From: Massalongia carnosa
Lineage: Eukaryota
DNA: 64,000 bases
Direction of reading: 5' to 3'
NCBI GenBank assembly: GCA_965645245.1
Contig: OZ287068.1
Span: 1,364,001 to 1,428,000, forward strand
Shown: piece after piece, positions 27,027 through 39,484 of the stretch
Layout: each line of letters starts with the position of its first letter
Position numbering within the stretch: the first letter of the stretch is position 1
Translations under genes and position numbers: made by a program
Notes under the pieces: generated by a model
What the model was told of the DNA's origin: nothing
Seen by the model: the letters and a program-made list of their open reading frames with translations, nothing else
The model's database searches: none

Positions 27027-27712
27027 CTAGACCTTCTTGGTACGCTCCTCTTCCTCCTCCACACTAGCGTTGCTGGTGCTATCTGCGCTCTCGGACTTCT
27101 CAAGGCCAGCGTGCCCTTCCTCCTCGGTCTCAGCGCCATCGGCCGGCCCATGGAGCTCTTCCTCGAACACGGGGTCGTTCTCGATACCTTCAAACTTGGT
27201 CTTGAAATCGCCGATGGCTTGAGAGCTGCTATTGGAACGACGACGGGAATTGGTGAACTTGTAACCATAATCTTGCATCTCCTCGCCCGAGCGACCCCTG
27301 CACATGGAATCTTGTCAGCTTGTTGCATGACAGTAAGTGACGGCCGTGGACTTGCCAGTTGCCTTTGCCTCCACCTTCCTTCTTCACTTTCTTGGGATCG
27401 GAATCGATATGGCCGGACTTAGCGAAGTAGCGAGGGAGATGGTCTTCTGCGGTGGCGGTGCCATCCGCAAGAGCAACGTGGTCACGATCTTCTCATTGTA
27501 AGCTCGAAGCTTGTTCGTTTTGGAAGAGGTTTCAGCCGCATACCGTTAAGTTTATGGGAACGAGTCACTAATGAAACAATGTCAGCATTCGAATGACAAG
27601 CGTAATCATCCAACAGTGTTGTAAAGCTTTCAACAAGATGGCTTTGCATCATATAGGAAGCTATGGCCCAGGTTGATGACAGGCTTGATTGCTTCAAGGT
27701 GCATAACTTACT
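27027..27712 (-). CDS. STF2: Stf2/Tma10-like small hydrophilic protein, 4 coding exons; ATG split by intron 1
   Basis: A(27712)|TG TRSHKLND RDH...HLPRYFAKSGHIDSDPKKVKKEGGGKGNWG...RRRSNSS; introns 27568-27711, 27490-27543 and 27298-27355 (GC-AG). Confidence 0.85.
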
Positions 27713-30700
27713 AGCAAGGTATTTCAAGGTACAGGATGTAAAGATTTGGTACAATGTTTGTAAGACGGATCAAATTGTTGTTATTCGATGAAGATCTACA
27801 GGATACTAGATGAGAAGTAAAGCGGAGTTATCAGCGAGCAGTCAACAAGGGAAGCTTCCCATAGGTATTCACAACAAGCACGTGATCCGAATCCACACCA
27901 TTGATGCCCCGATTCGGGGGTTTGAAAGAGTGCCACCGTACCGAATTCCGTTCCACGACACAGGTGGATTAATGTCAACTCAATTGTAGAAATCCGATGT
28001 TCTAGGTGAGTATTTTGCTATTATTTTGCCGTTGAGAGTTACAACTATGTACCTGAGCCAAGCTGGGAGCACTGTACAAAGTACTCTAGAAGGCGAAACG
28101 AAAGCTTGGACCATGGCCTGCGAATGTCACGCGACGCCAGTTTTCGCTGCGGCTGTTTCCCTTCCCCAGCTTTCTAGCCTGAGTTGAGTGGGGGTGTGCA
28201 GTGACGTCCTAGTACCGATCAGGTACATTCGCTTGTTTGGCCCTACATGGTACGCACCCACGGCACCTTGTAAAACTTAGTTGTAAGGATGAGGAACAAA
28301 ACGCTAACCAATCAGAAGCACTTAAGCCTTCTAGGCAGCCGCGAGCTCAGGCTAGTCCCGATGTGGACAAGCTCACCTAACTCGATAGGAAGTGATCAGT
28401 GGTACTACGGTTGTACATAATCCGTACCTTTACGTAGCCATAAGCCATAGATATACCTTTTCAACACATCTAGACTATTACTACTCTATCAAGAGTTTTA
28501 GGCTGTTCGAAACCTAAGTTATGAAAAACCTTCATTCTATTCCGCTGATGATTCCCCAAGATGAGTGGCATAATTCTACTCTAGAATCATTCATATACAA
28601 CAATACCAGCATCAATCACAACAGAAAATCAATGACGACTGAAGAGCAAGCAGATACTGGAACGTGATTGAAGATGATATACTCTTCCTTCATCATATTA
28701 ACAAATATATTTGCAATGAGTGCGATCCTTCCTCTCCTCTCGTCTCTAACTTTCCGTCTTCATTCTTCCGGCGATAGCAAACTCAAACCGTAGGTATGGG
28801 AGGAAGATGAAAGAGTGTTAGGATATAAACTCGTAGTTGAGGGGGTGGGAGAGAAAACTAATGGAATCTTCCTAGTATGTGACGACTGCAAATTCTCGCA
28901 GGCGCGAGTCCAAGATTTGATACTCTCATCCTTACCATATGGTGAACTTTCTCGTCTAGGGTTGCCATTATGTATTCCATGTGTGTGTTTGAACATGTTC
29001 ATGTTCATGAATAGAAAAGAGCATGTAAATCGCGATGGTTGGCTCACCCAGACCCCCAATCTGATCAACAGGAATCTATACCAACAAGGGGCGATTCTAC
29101 AAAAGCAACGGACGAGACTGCAAAGTCACCTCGTTGTTTTCATCGCTGTTTTATGCTCGATGGACTCTGACTCGCAATACATTTCTACGCCATTGATCGG
29201 TGGTGCACTTCTTTGTCTCTCCCTCTCCATTACTTCTCAGCACTCGCACCTTCTTGTGCTCGCATAGCATCATCGATTGGGCTCCGTCCATTCTTGGCTG
29301 CTTGTTTTTGCTGCCGTCATAGTCCTTTATACGTTATTGCGGCGGCATTTCAAAACTGCCCCTTTTAAGATATTAAACTTTGTCCTCTCTTCTCAATTTG
29401 GCCAATATTTCCGAGGCAAAGATTAGGCTAATGATTAGTAGTTCCACTCCCTATGGTGGGTAAGATACCATTTTTCAAATGCTTCTCATTGGGTGGAGGA
29501 ACTTCGATCAACTTCATCACCGTCTCTTTGGCTGGCTCTATGGTGGGAGCGCTATGTCCAAAAGAGCCGTATGGACATGGATTGTTGTCTTGGTTCGCTG
29601 CGGTACTATTATTTCTATCTCGCTGGCCAGGCTCCGGAAGTATTGAAAGGATCGCTTCAAGGATAGGAAATAAACTCTGTTGTTAACCATCTACGGATAC
29701 TTCATCTCTCAGTTTCTTCTGTAGCGGTCTGCATTAAACCAAGCTTAATCACAAATACCGAGACGGCTAAATTTGTACGATCATTACGTTTGTGGAGCAT
29801 ATACTCTGCTTATTCGTTTGAGGCACAGATCGTCATAGCGAGCTGTCCGGTGGCCTCATTGGTAGCATAGTTTCAGATCTGGTTGAGGCTTGGAATTCAT
29901 CGCGGAGAAGAGGAAGTTGGTTTCATCTTAGGGGAAGCAACGCCAGAATGACCTTATGGCATTTCGACGCTCCAAACTATTGGTTCTATATTGTATATCT
30001 CCTAGAGTAACTAAGGGCGCTCCAGCCAGGCATTTGATACCGTGGTTGTGCCGCTCAATGGGAATGCCCCGATACTATCTTTGGGCGCTTATAAACACTT
30101 AGGATCTTCATTGTCTGATTACTTAGTCAAGCCAGAAGTGCATTCCCTTACCAGACCTTATGTTGGCTTACTTCTCGTTCGTCACTTGACATACCGAAAC
30201 AATCCAACTTAGGTCGGCTCTCAATGTTTAGCCCTCGATCTCTCCAACGACCATCTATAGAAGATCTTCGGGTGGCCCTTGTGATACCAGTCAATTCAAA
30301 ACGTTTGGTGTCAATGTCGGAGGCAGAAGTGGATGAGGAAATCAAAACGTTTGCTTTAAAAAAAATCTACTTGGATGAGCCATTATGGACTCAACCGTTG
30401 AGCCAATCCCGCCTGTCAGTTCAAGGGGTAAGGAAGCCAGTGAGAATAAGACTTCGGAGAAGAAAAACGTTGAAGGGAAAAAGCGTTGAAGTACGGGGTA
30501 AAAGTGCAGTCCCCCCGAGACGTCGCGAATGACAGTTATAGGACCTCGAAATCAAGAAAGAACCGACACCCACCCCTTCCGGCTGGACTTCTGCTATGGA
30601 CAGGTTTACTTACGAGCTATATCCCGAATCCAAAGATGTCAGTTCCATCAGCATCGCCCTTGCGACGACTTATCCGTCGATCGGCCGGGCCACAAGTGAG

Positions 30701-31109
30701 TGAATTGCGGGGAGGGTTAAGAGCCTTGAAGAGACTGGAGACGCGGCACTGAGGATGGAGATGTGATCTTAAAAAATCGATTGTTTTGTTAGACAGTTGA
30801 TCGGATTTCGATAAATATATTTATAATTACAGAGAGTGTGTTAGTTATGTAAATCGTTTTCAATAACGAATCGCTATAAAAAGAACACAGAAGCCGATAC
30901 ATACACAATTACAGGTTGAGTTTTTGAAACAACAAACCCCGTATCCGTTCCGCGAGCGTCCCCGTTAAAGGAGCATTACCTAGCCGCGTGATACTCCCGC
31001 TTCGCTATTCCCCCAAATCATTCACCTTGGCTTTCTCTCCCCAAGAATAAGAACCTTCTCTTGATCCAGCAAAAGATTCTTGTCGGATATTTGCAAGGGT
31101 TCTTCAATC

Positions 31110-32104
31110 ATGCTACGACCAGGTTATCAAAGAGCCTCCTCAACCAATCTAGGCGGGGGTCCAGCATCCCGGCCGTTGGAGGGGAAACTTGCCATCATCA
31201 CTGGTGGCTCCAGAGGTTTGAGTCTTTCGTTGCAGCCTACCTTTCACCCTGCCTCCTGCTGCGCCTCCTGGCTTTTATTTGCATCCCAACTAAACCACCA
31301 AAAGGCATCGGAGCGGGGATTGCCCGGAATCTTGCCTCCAAAGGCGCTTCCCTCGTCCTAAACTACACTTCCGACTCCTCAGCAAGCATCGCCTCCGATC
31401 TTGCTTCCTCCCTGCAGTCCGCCCACGGCATCAAAGCCATTGCGGTGCAAGCGGATGTGGGTGACCCGAACGGCCCGGCGCATTTGATCTCCGTGGCCAA
31501 GAACCATTTCTCCCATGCGAAAACGGGCAAGTTCCAAATCGACATTGTCATCAACAACGCCGGGATCCACAAGGATACGCTCTTGCAAGATATCACGCCA
31601 GCTGAATACACGCGATTGTATGCCGTCAACGTGCTGGGCCCCATCCTTGTCCTGCAATCCGCGTTGCCCTACCTACCCCACGACCGCTCCGGCCGAATCG
31701 TGAACATTTCGTCCGTCTCTTCCAGCCTGGGCTTCCTCAAGCAGACCCTCTATGGCGGCACGAAAGCCGCTTTGGAGTCCATGACCAGGACGTGGAGCCG
31801 AGAGCTAGCCGAACGCGCAACTGTCAACGCGGTTAACCCGGGACCTGTGGATACGGAGATGTATAATTCGAACAGTGAAGAATTTTTCAGGATAATTAAG
31901 CCTTTCATCCAGAACGCTCCACTCATGAGGGCGAGGGAGGGCATTGATGAGGACAAGTTTCTCCAAGCTGAGGAGAAGGCTGGTGGAAGGCCGGGCTACG
32001 ATCATGAAATCGCAGGGGTTGTGGCCATGCTCTGCTCCGAGGATGGGGCTTGGTGTACCGGCAGCGTGGTGTGCGCCAACGGGGGATTGAAGTTCACTAC
32101 GTAG
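31110..32104 (+). CDS. Short-chain dehydrogenase/reductase (FabG-like); intron 31216-31304
   Basis: LEGKLAIITGGSR|GIG, INNAG, NISS, YGGTK (YxxxK), VNAVNPGP. Confidence 0.95.
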
Positions 32105-32999
32105 ACAAGAGGAAGGATGGCTGACGGTATCGTAGAAATGGATGTCGAAGGATGATGAAAATCCGAATGGATTGCCGCCATGTCTCTATTCACGAATTTG
32201 TAATCTATTTGAGATTTAAACCCTCAAAGTGCGCATTTATTCATGATTTTTCACCGTTACGCTCCTTGGAACGGTATATAACTACCTTTTCCCCTCTTCG
32301 CTACACTATCTCATCACCAGCAAATACTCCAATGCCCAGCTCAGAGCGGGCTTAAAAGTATCCTAGTCTCTTGGCCTATGTACAATGTCTCGCCCATTTC
32401 TGCCTGCGAGCATATTTTTCTACTCTCCAAATCTACCATGCGAAGCATTCTTCGTCCGATTCATGACACATTCCCGTAAGCGCATCTAGAGCTGTTCCTT
32501 TTCTCGCTGCGCTACAAATCATCCACAACCCCCCCCCCCCAAAAAAGCTCTGTCTCACTCAAGGGAAAATACATACCTACATGATCGCCCAAAGGCACTC
32601 TATCTCTGAGCGTATCTACCGCCAATCCCAGAGACTCTTGTGAGCTTTCCTCCAAACTCGAAACACTCTTAGTTCTCACCATCACAACATACTCACCCCT
32701 GCTTCTCGTTTTCCACCGTCAGATAGACAGGTAGCGGAGATAGCCCTGTTCTCTAGAGGTCAGCTGCTCACAGGCAGGCAGGCAGGCAGGCAGGCAGATG
32801 TACAAATGGCCCGAACTGACCACAAATGACCCCAACTTGGTTTGTGGCAGGTTAGGTAGGTAGACATATACAGGCTCCATACCCCATCATCGGGAGGATT
32901 CGAATGTACATACGGATGAGCGACAGAACCGCCTGTCCGCCCGCCCGCTCGCCCACTACCTTCCTCAAAAATATATATAGAAAGGGTAAGTTTTCCTCC

Positions 33000-33766
33000 A
33001 AGGAAGGGTATCTCTCCGCGCCAGGGAAATCCCGCGCCATCAGCAGCTCTTGAACCCGTGAACCTGTCCATCCCATTTATGTAGTTAGGGTATTCCTGGA
33101 CCCCTACGTTTTCCTCCTATCACCTTCAGCCAAAGATTTCACCCCAACATGTCAGCAGCCTTAAGGTATGGAGTATGATGGAGGAGAGACCTTTTTCACT
33201 GGGGGCTAGGGGCTGTTACGGGGGGTTCGGGGGTTTTGTTTTTGGGAATGTTCCTGTGGGGGTTTCTGAGGAATTACTACTTATACTTAGCTCGGGGGGA
33301 TTTGTAGAAATGCGTCGTGTCGTGTCGTGTCTTGACGGTTTCGAACCCGAACCCTAACCCTATTATCACCCCCGTTTCCCCCCCCTTCCCCTTTTCCTTA
33401 TCCCCCCCCGCTGCTGGTGATTTGGCAACCCTCACCAGGAACAAAGATCTTCCGCAGACGGTTTGAGCGGGTGGTTGCCACAAATCGCCAACGAGAGGGA
33501 AAGATGAATCTCAAGGTGGTATTATCGAATACTCGATTACTCGATTTCGGGCAAGGTTGACTAGATGCATAGGTAGGTGCTTAATCTTTCCATCGGTTGT
33601 TTACTGTAAACATAGATCTAGAAGCGATGCATTTCTTTGGAGCGAAGGTTTATTGAGTCAAACCTTTTGAAATCCAAGCTCGAGTTTTCCGTCGATACGG
33701 TTTCCCCTTCCTCCCCTTCTCCCGAAAGCGGGGATTGAGTTGACTGCTGCTGCATCAACCGTATGT
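33000..33766 (+). ncRNA. Candidate structured non-coding RNA (possible telomerase RNA core)
   Basis: No convincing ORF; several nested complementary segments found by eye; AACCCTAACCCTA at 33350-33362; TATA-like run at 32971-32979. Confidence 0.25.
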
Positions 33767-34362
33767 AGGTACATATGTACTCTGTAGGTAGTTTATTACT
33801 TGGCTATGAAAACGTTGGCTAGTTATGGGTGATGGAGGAGGGATGGATATTCATCGATTTTGTTTTTGTTTTGTTTTAGATTACAACGCCAGACTGAAGA
33901 AGAACGAAGGAGAGACCGAGATAGATCAAGGAGAGTTGACGAAATGTGGGAAAAGGAACAAGGAAATTTTGTAGCTTCGCAACTGTGGTAGAAAAGTATA
34001 TCATCTCTCGATCCCTAACTAACCCCTATATGCCCCCTACCTAGGTGGATTTCCATTGAGGCTGCTGAGCGAAGATTTCCCTGAACCCTTTCCCGTCCCC
34101 CTCTGCATGTATTGTACCCAATGGCGACTAGGAGATGGTGAGGCATGCTTTTCCTGTAGGGCGATCATTCCGTAATGACTGTCTAGAATATCTGCAAGGC
34201 ATTTCGGTCGCATGGCTAGCAGCACACCATGCTGTTAGGCCTATGAAACCTTGAGCCTGCGGTCATTCATTTTGTTTTTTTTTAGCTCTCTTAGGTGCGG
34301 TTGCGAGATGAATGCTAGATATGGCGGAATACTGTTCTGCATACCTGAACATTGATGATGCT

Positions 34363-35510
34363 TCAGTCGATCTGCATCGGTATGCTAAATGACCTTGTAA
34401 ATTTGCGTGTTGGCCTCATCTTCTCTGCGTTCTTCAGGTGATGGGTGCTATTGTCCGATCCAGAGTCATGACGACGCTTTTTGCTGTTGAGCAAGGAGCG
34501 TTTGGTTCTAGGAGGCACGTTCTGCATGGCAGTTCTCTGAATCTGGTATTCTTCGCGAAGATCGCGATATTCTGACCGTATGGACCGAGTCGTTGCCGCC
34601 ATCATGTGCAGCCACCAGAGAGCCAGATTGATGCTTAACAAGTTTTCATTTCGCCCACCTTCCTCCTCCCAAGGAATGGACTTGTACTCGATGATCCGAA
34701 GCTCTCTCTTCCCGGTTTCCTCCGGAAGTGGAAGGTTCCCCTGCCACTTCTTCAATGACGGGGTGCCTGTTCTTTTGGAACGTTGGGGCGGCGTTACCGA
34801 ACCAGGACCTTGCTCATTTGGCTTTCGAGACAAACGCACAACGACCAATTCTTCCTGCGTTAAGAGGTAGCCGTATCGCACCTCAGCAAGGTCGCAGTAA
34901 CTGCAGATTTGATGAAAGGGCTTGTGGAATTCAGCCTTATCGGGGCCCATTGACGTGTTCCATTTTGTACTCAATTTCGAGTCTCCCGGTAAGACGTTCA
35001 TATAGCTTGTTCGGGTTTGATTGCTTTCGACTTCACATAAGTTGCCTCGCATGATTCCCGCCCAGTCCGGGCGAAGCCCCTTCTGAGATTTATATTTAGG
35101 AATTTTTGCGTGGCCACCTCTTGCCATGAATATTTCGTTTGCCCCATGACCTTCTGAATCTAAGTCGCCTGACTGCTCCCCACGGTGTGTTAGAGATAGC
35201 GCCTCTGAGATCACCGCGTTGTTCCACCTGATCAGCAATGCTTCGAGGGAATCTTCATCCCGAATCTCGGTGAGATGGAACGGAAAACCACGCTTCAAGT
35301 CGGGTAAATCTTGCTGATGAACCTCAAGCTTCAACAGATCCCCATATATGGCTTCGAGGGTGTCATAAGTGAAATCTGTCCAGTCCACAACCTCTAGCAT
35401 AGTATATGGAGACGTTGACGTTGAATTGATCCCCTTGCAAGAATTGTCATTGTTCACGGTAGGATTGGTCTTCTCAGATAATCGAGCAGCGATAGAGTTT
35501 CACCAGCCAT
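34363..35510 (-). pseudogene. PD-(D/E)XK restriction-endonuclease-fold protein of a fungal family; 1-nt frameshift near codon 15
   Basis: RPDWAG...LPGDSKLSTKW...QICSY...RYGYLLTQEELVVVR...LALWWLHMMA; ATG at 35510 (MAGETLSLLDYLRR) is one base out of frame with the 364-aa ORF (PNPTVNND...). Confidence 0.7.
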
Positions 35511-36043
35511 CGTTACTTTTGTCACTGGACCGCTTGGCTGGACCATGCAAAGCATCCTATGGCCATGATACTGCGAAGATATATCATCTTGGCACAAGGC
35601 TGCCACTTGCGGCTGTCAACAGGACAGCCAGTGGAAAAGGGACGCCAAACAGATGGCATCACGATTGACGATGACCATTCGCTGTAATCCACGATCCCTC
35701 TCTGCCTCATTGCCAACACTTCCAGGTAGGACAAGCGGTATTTCATACAAGCGATTGGATGTCACAAGCTCCCTGTATCGCAAGCAGTCCACTGTGATAG
35801 ATGCTTTTGAAAAGGGTGTGGATAAACCCGTGATGAACGAGGCCCTGTACAGTAACCGATAAGGAAGATGGCTGGCCTGGCCCATTAGCTATGTAGCTGC
35901 TACACCACCTCAGAATGGAAATAAACCCCCCCTTTCTTTCTGAAGGTGGTGCATCACGATTAGCTACATAGCCTCGAGTAAATATTAACGCATGACGGCC
36001 TCGGGTCTCAGGCACTCGACAAATCTATGGATTTGGCACAGTT

Positions 36044-36975
36044 ATGCCCCTGGCAAAAGTAAAGAGAAATCGGCGCGTTGCGAAGACATCCTTACGGAAG
36101 AACTCAACAACAGCTGTGGACTTGGATGAACCTTTGCCGCCTATTTATCTTCCGCAGCTAGATCCTTTTCGTCACCGTAGCAGCCACATCGAGTTTGTCA
36201 GCTTGTTGAGCGAGGAAAGCCCAGAGCCGCCACAGTCATGTGTTTGAAGTCATCATTGAGTCCGATCGCTACGCTTTGAAAATGGCAAGGCCCAATCAAT
36301 TGCTGAAATTGAATCGTCAGCTGATTTATCTCAATACAGTTTAAATTCTACGACGTGGCTGAGCACGAGGCGGGACTGGCAGGTCAACATATCCCACAGG
36401 ATATGATCATTGCTCATTTTGATCCCTTTTACGCCGAATGTCGTGCGTACGGCCGCATCGAGGAGGAAAAATGCAATGGCAAGATTGCTGTGCGTTGCCA
36501 TGGTTTCACTGCCGTACCCGCGCTTCAAGAAGATTATCTCTACAAGACGTTTGACGTTTCAGAGTGGGACAGGCCGCCGGAGGAATACAATCTGCCTGTT
36601 GCGGAAAGACAGTCTTTCCGCGCTATCATCAAGGATTTGGTCCCAGAAAAGGCACCCTTTGACTCAGGTATGGTTAAGCGTATGCTGAAGGACATGATTC
36701 TGTTGCGAAAGATGGCGCTCTTTGTTCGGGACGTCAGGAAAGACAATTATCGAGGTGGGAAACTGGTCGACTTCAGCGTTTCTTGGACGGCACCACACCT
36801 CATGCTTTCGGACATACTTTGGGACGAAGACAAGATCGAACGGGAAATCGGGTGGGAGTTGTCATTGTTCGACACAATGATTAAGGACTCCAGGATCTCA
36901 ACATGGGTGAGAGCTACTCCTAATAAAAAGTACCTCCTCAAGCTTCGTCCTCGCACTTTGAAAAATAATGGATAG
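36044..36975 (+). pseudogene. Protein-kinase-like protein of the Pfam FTA2 type; frameshift in exon 1; GC-AG intron 36285-36339
   Basis: LPQLDPF..IEFVSLL /frameshift/ HVFEVII..YALKM|FKFY; DPFYAECRAYGRI, AVRCHGF, RAIIKDLV, VRDVRKDNY, LVDFSVSWTAPH. Confidence 0.75.
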
Positions 36976-38636
36976 AATTGCTTTTGGGGAAATGTATCCT
37001 AAGCCTGACTCTCCATCGAGCGCTATGCGCCAAGTGGATAATGATACGTCCAGAAATCTGTTCTAAGGAGAAAAAAAAGATATCTGACCTCTAAGCAGGA
37101 AAGCTGGAGGTTCGGGATTTCGTTGTTAGGCCGGGAAGCTCTCGTTTGACGAGTTAAATATTACAGAATATATTCAGAGAGGTCGGATGACAAACCTAAA
37201 GACTTTCGTTGTCCTTTCGGTATTTGGGCTGACAGATATGGAATGAAATAACATAACAGGAGCTAATTCAACAACCGTACAATACTGTTATCACAAAGAG
37301 AATAGATTGAGGGTATAGCTACTTGAACACCCATTTTTGACGGTCGAATATTCCTTCTAATGGTATCACACTCTCCCCTCCTGGAAAACCTGAATTAACC
37401 ACTTATGGAGCATGAAATGTATTTTGCCCGATAAAAGCAAGACAGAGTAACCAATCTAACTTCATCTATAATTCACCCACTGAAAAACGCAGCTGAGCTT
37501 GTCATACCCGCCCATCAAACAATGAGAAAAAGTGATCGTTTCAACCGAAGACTGACGACAAAGTGAAAAACCATGAGAAAAGGAATCACGAAGTGGAGAA
37601 AGGAGCATGAGGCAATGATAAAGAAAAGAGAAAATAAGATTATGAATCAGTAACCAACGTGTAGGCCTTGAAGAATCTAAGTCGGTTGGCTGATGATGGT
37701 TCTGCTAGCCAGAGTCGGGTTTGATGAAGCTGAAGGCCGAGAGACGTTTGATGAGAAATTTGTAGGTGAGGGATTCGAGGATTTAGCTTCCGATTGGTCA
37801 GGAATATCCCACTCTCTGAAGAGGGTTTGGCCAGCCGAGAAGAGGGGGGTGTTCCACCTGCAAACCAAGCATGGTACCAAGTCGCCTGTACTTACGCTTT
37901 GAAAAACGATGACCGTCAAATGTTTTCCTCCAACATCCATCTTCCCCTCTGTTGCGGCGATGAATCCAGTACAGATGCCCCTAAACAAAATTCCACATCG
38001 GCCATTGTTACTACTTGTAGCACCCGCGCTAGGCCCGAGGGACACCTAGATGTTATATCTTAGCGCTGCCCCGCCTTTGTCTCTCCACAGATAGAGTCTA
38101 TTGTCGGTCTTCATGGAGTAGCTCGATGCTAGATATGACTTCATCTTTTTTGTATAAGATGGAATAGGGGTGGCGAGAAGAGCTGTACTTCTGTGGGTAG
38201 CGGAGCAAAACGGTCGTGAGGAAAGTCGTGAGTGAATGGTGAGTAGTGAGACATACAGTGTGTATAGGTAGTTTTAGAGAGGGAGATGAAGACATGGAAT
38301 AAAGTAAGAAAGAGTTAGTGAACGGAATACTTGGTTTTCATGCAGCTTGAGCGCTGCAAGCCGAAAGGCCGCTTTACCTTCGTATTTTGCTTGGTTCCAT
38401 CTCCGCCTTGGTCTGCAAGGCATGACTGCAACAACCTTTAAGGTTCCCGCTCTCCGTGAATATCCCCGCAAGTTCCTGTTTTTCGTTCCTTGATGTACTC
38501 CCGGTCCATAAGTTCTTCGTCCCACTCACCTCTCCCCGCTCTCAATCATACTCTTAGTGACAAGCATATTCCTCTATACTTCACCCTGGATCCAAAAACT
38601 CTTACATTTTTCCCCCCTTCTCAAAAACTACGACGT

Positions 38637-39484
38637 TCAAACGACCTTAATCCAAACCACATTAATCACCACATCGAAGCCTTTCGTCTCCCCCTTCTCG
38701 TACTTAAAGCTCCACATGCCATCCTTGTCGTTGTCCCAGAACGCGCCAGTGGCACAATGCATTCCTCGTCTCGCGATATGGGCTTGGGGAGGCGGATTTT
38801 GGGACGATGAGGGGGGTGGGGTAACAGCTGTGGGGTTGTTAGCCTTTTCTTAAGACGAGGTGAGTCGATGGAGGAATATGTACCATCTGTAGGACTGAGC
38901 TCCGTCGGTTGTAGTAGGGACCCTGAGGTTCCTATAGATGAATCTTGGAGTTGGGGGGTGGGAGTGGTGTGTTGAATTATGGTGCTTGTGACGGCAAATT
39001 TGTATTGAGGGGGCTGATCGGGGATTGACACAGCGGCTAGAAGGGATTGGAGGGTTTTGTTCTGCGTTAGATTCGAGGGATTAGTGTAGAGCTTGATTAG
39101 AAAGAAAAAAAATCGATAAGGTGGTTATACGGTGTGAGCGTAAAGTGAGCAAGGAATGGAACGAAATGAGTGATACATACGATGATAGAGGTATTCCACC
39201 CCGAGGTTTGCGGATGGGAATAGCTGCTCACGGAAGCAAATGTCGCATCGCAAGCCTAAGCAATCCAACATCAGCACCTGGAATTTTTACGAGTGGGGAG
39301 AATAGGAAAACGCTCGGGATTTGGGAAACAGACTTCAATTACGATTTCGCTCATGCGCGAGGGCGGGATGGGCTATGCAGGAAAAGATTCTCATTAGCTG
39401 CTGCGGTAATCATATGCCTAATTTTGGGTTGGAGAGGAGACTTACCGCTATGGGGGCGGAATGGGGTTCTGTTGCTGAAGCCAT
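38637..39484 (-). CDS. DYNLT1: Dynein light chain, Tctex-1 family, multi-exon
   Basis: Spliced ACDATF...WNTSII, YKFAVTSTIIQH, RRGMHCATGAFWDNDKDGMWSFKY...DVVINVVWI. Confidence 0.88.
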
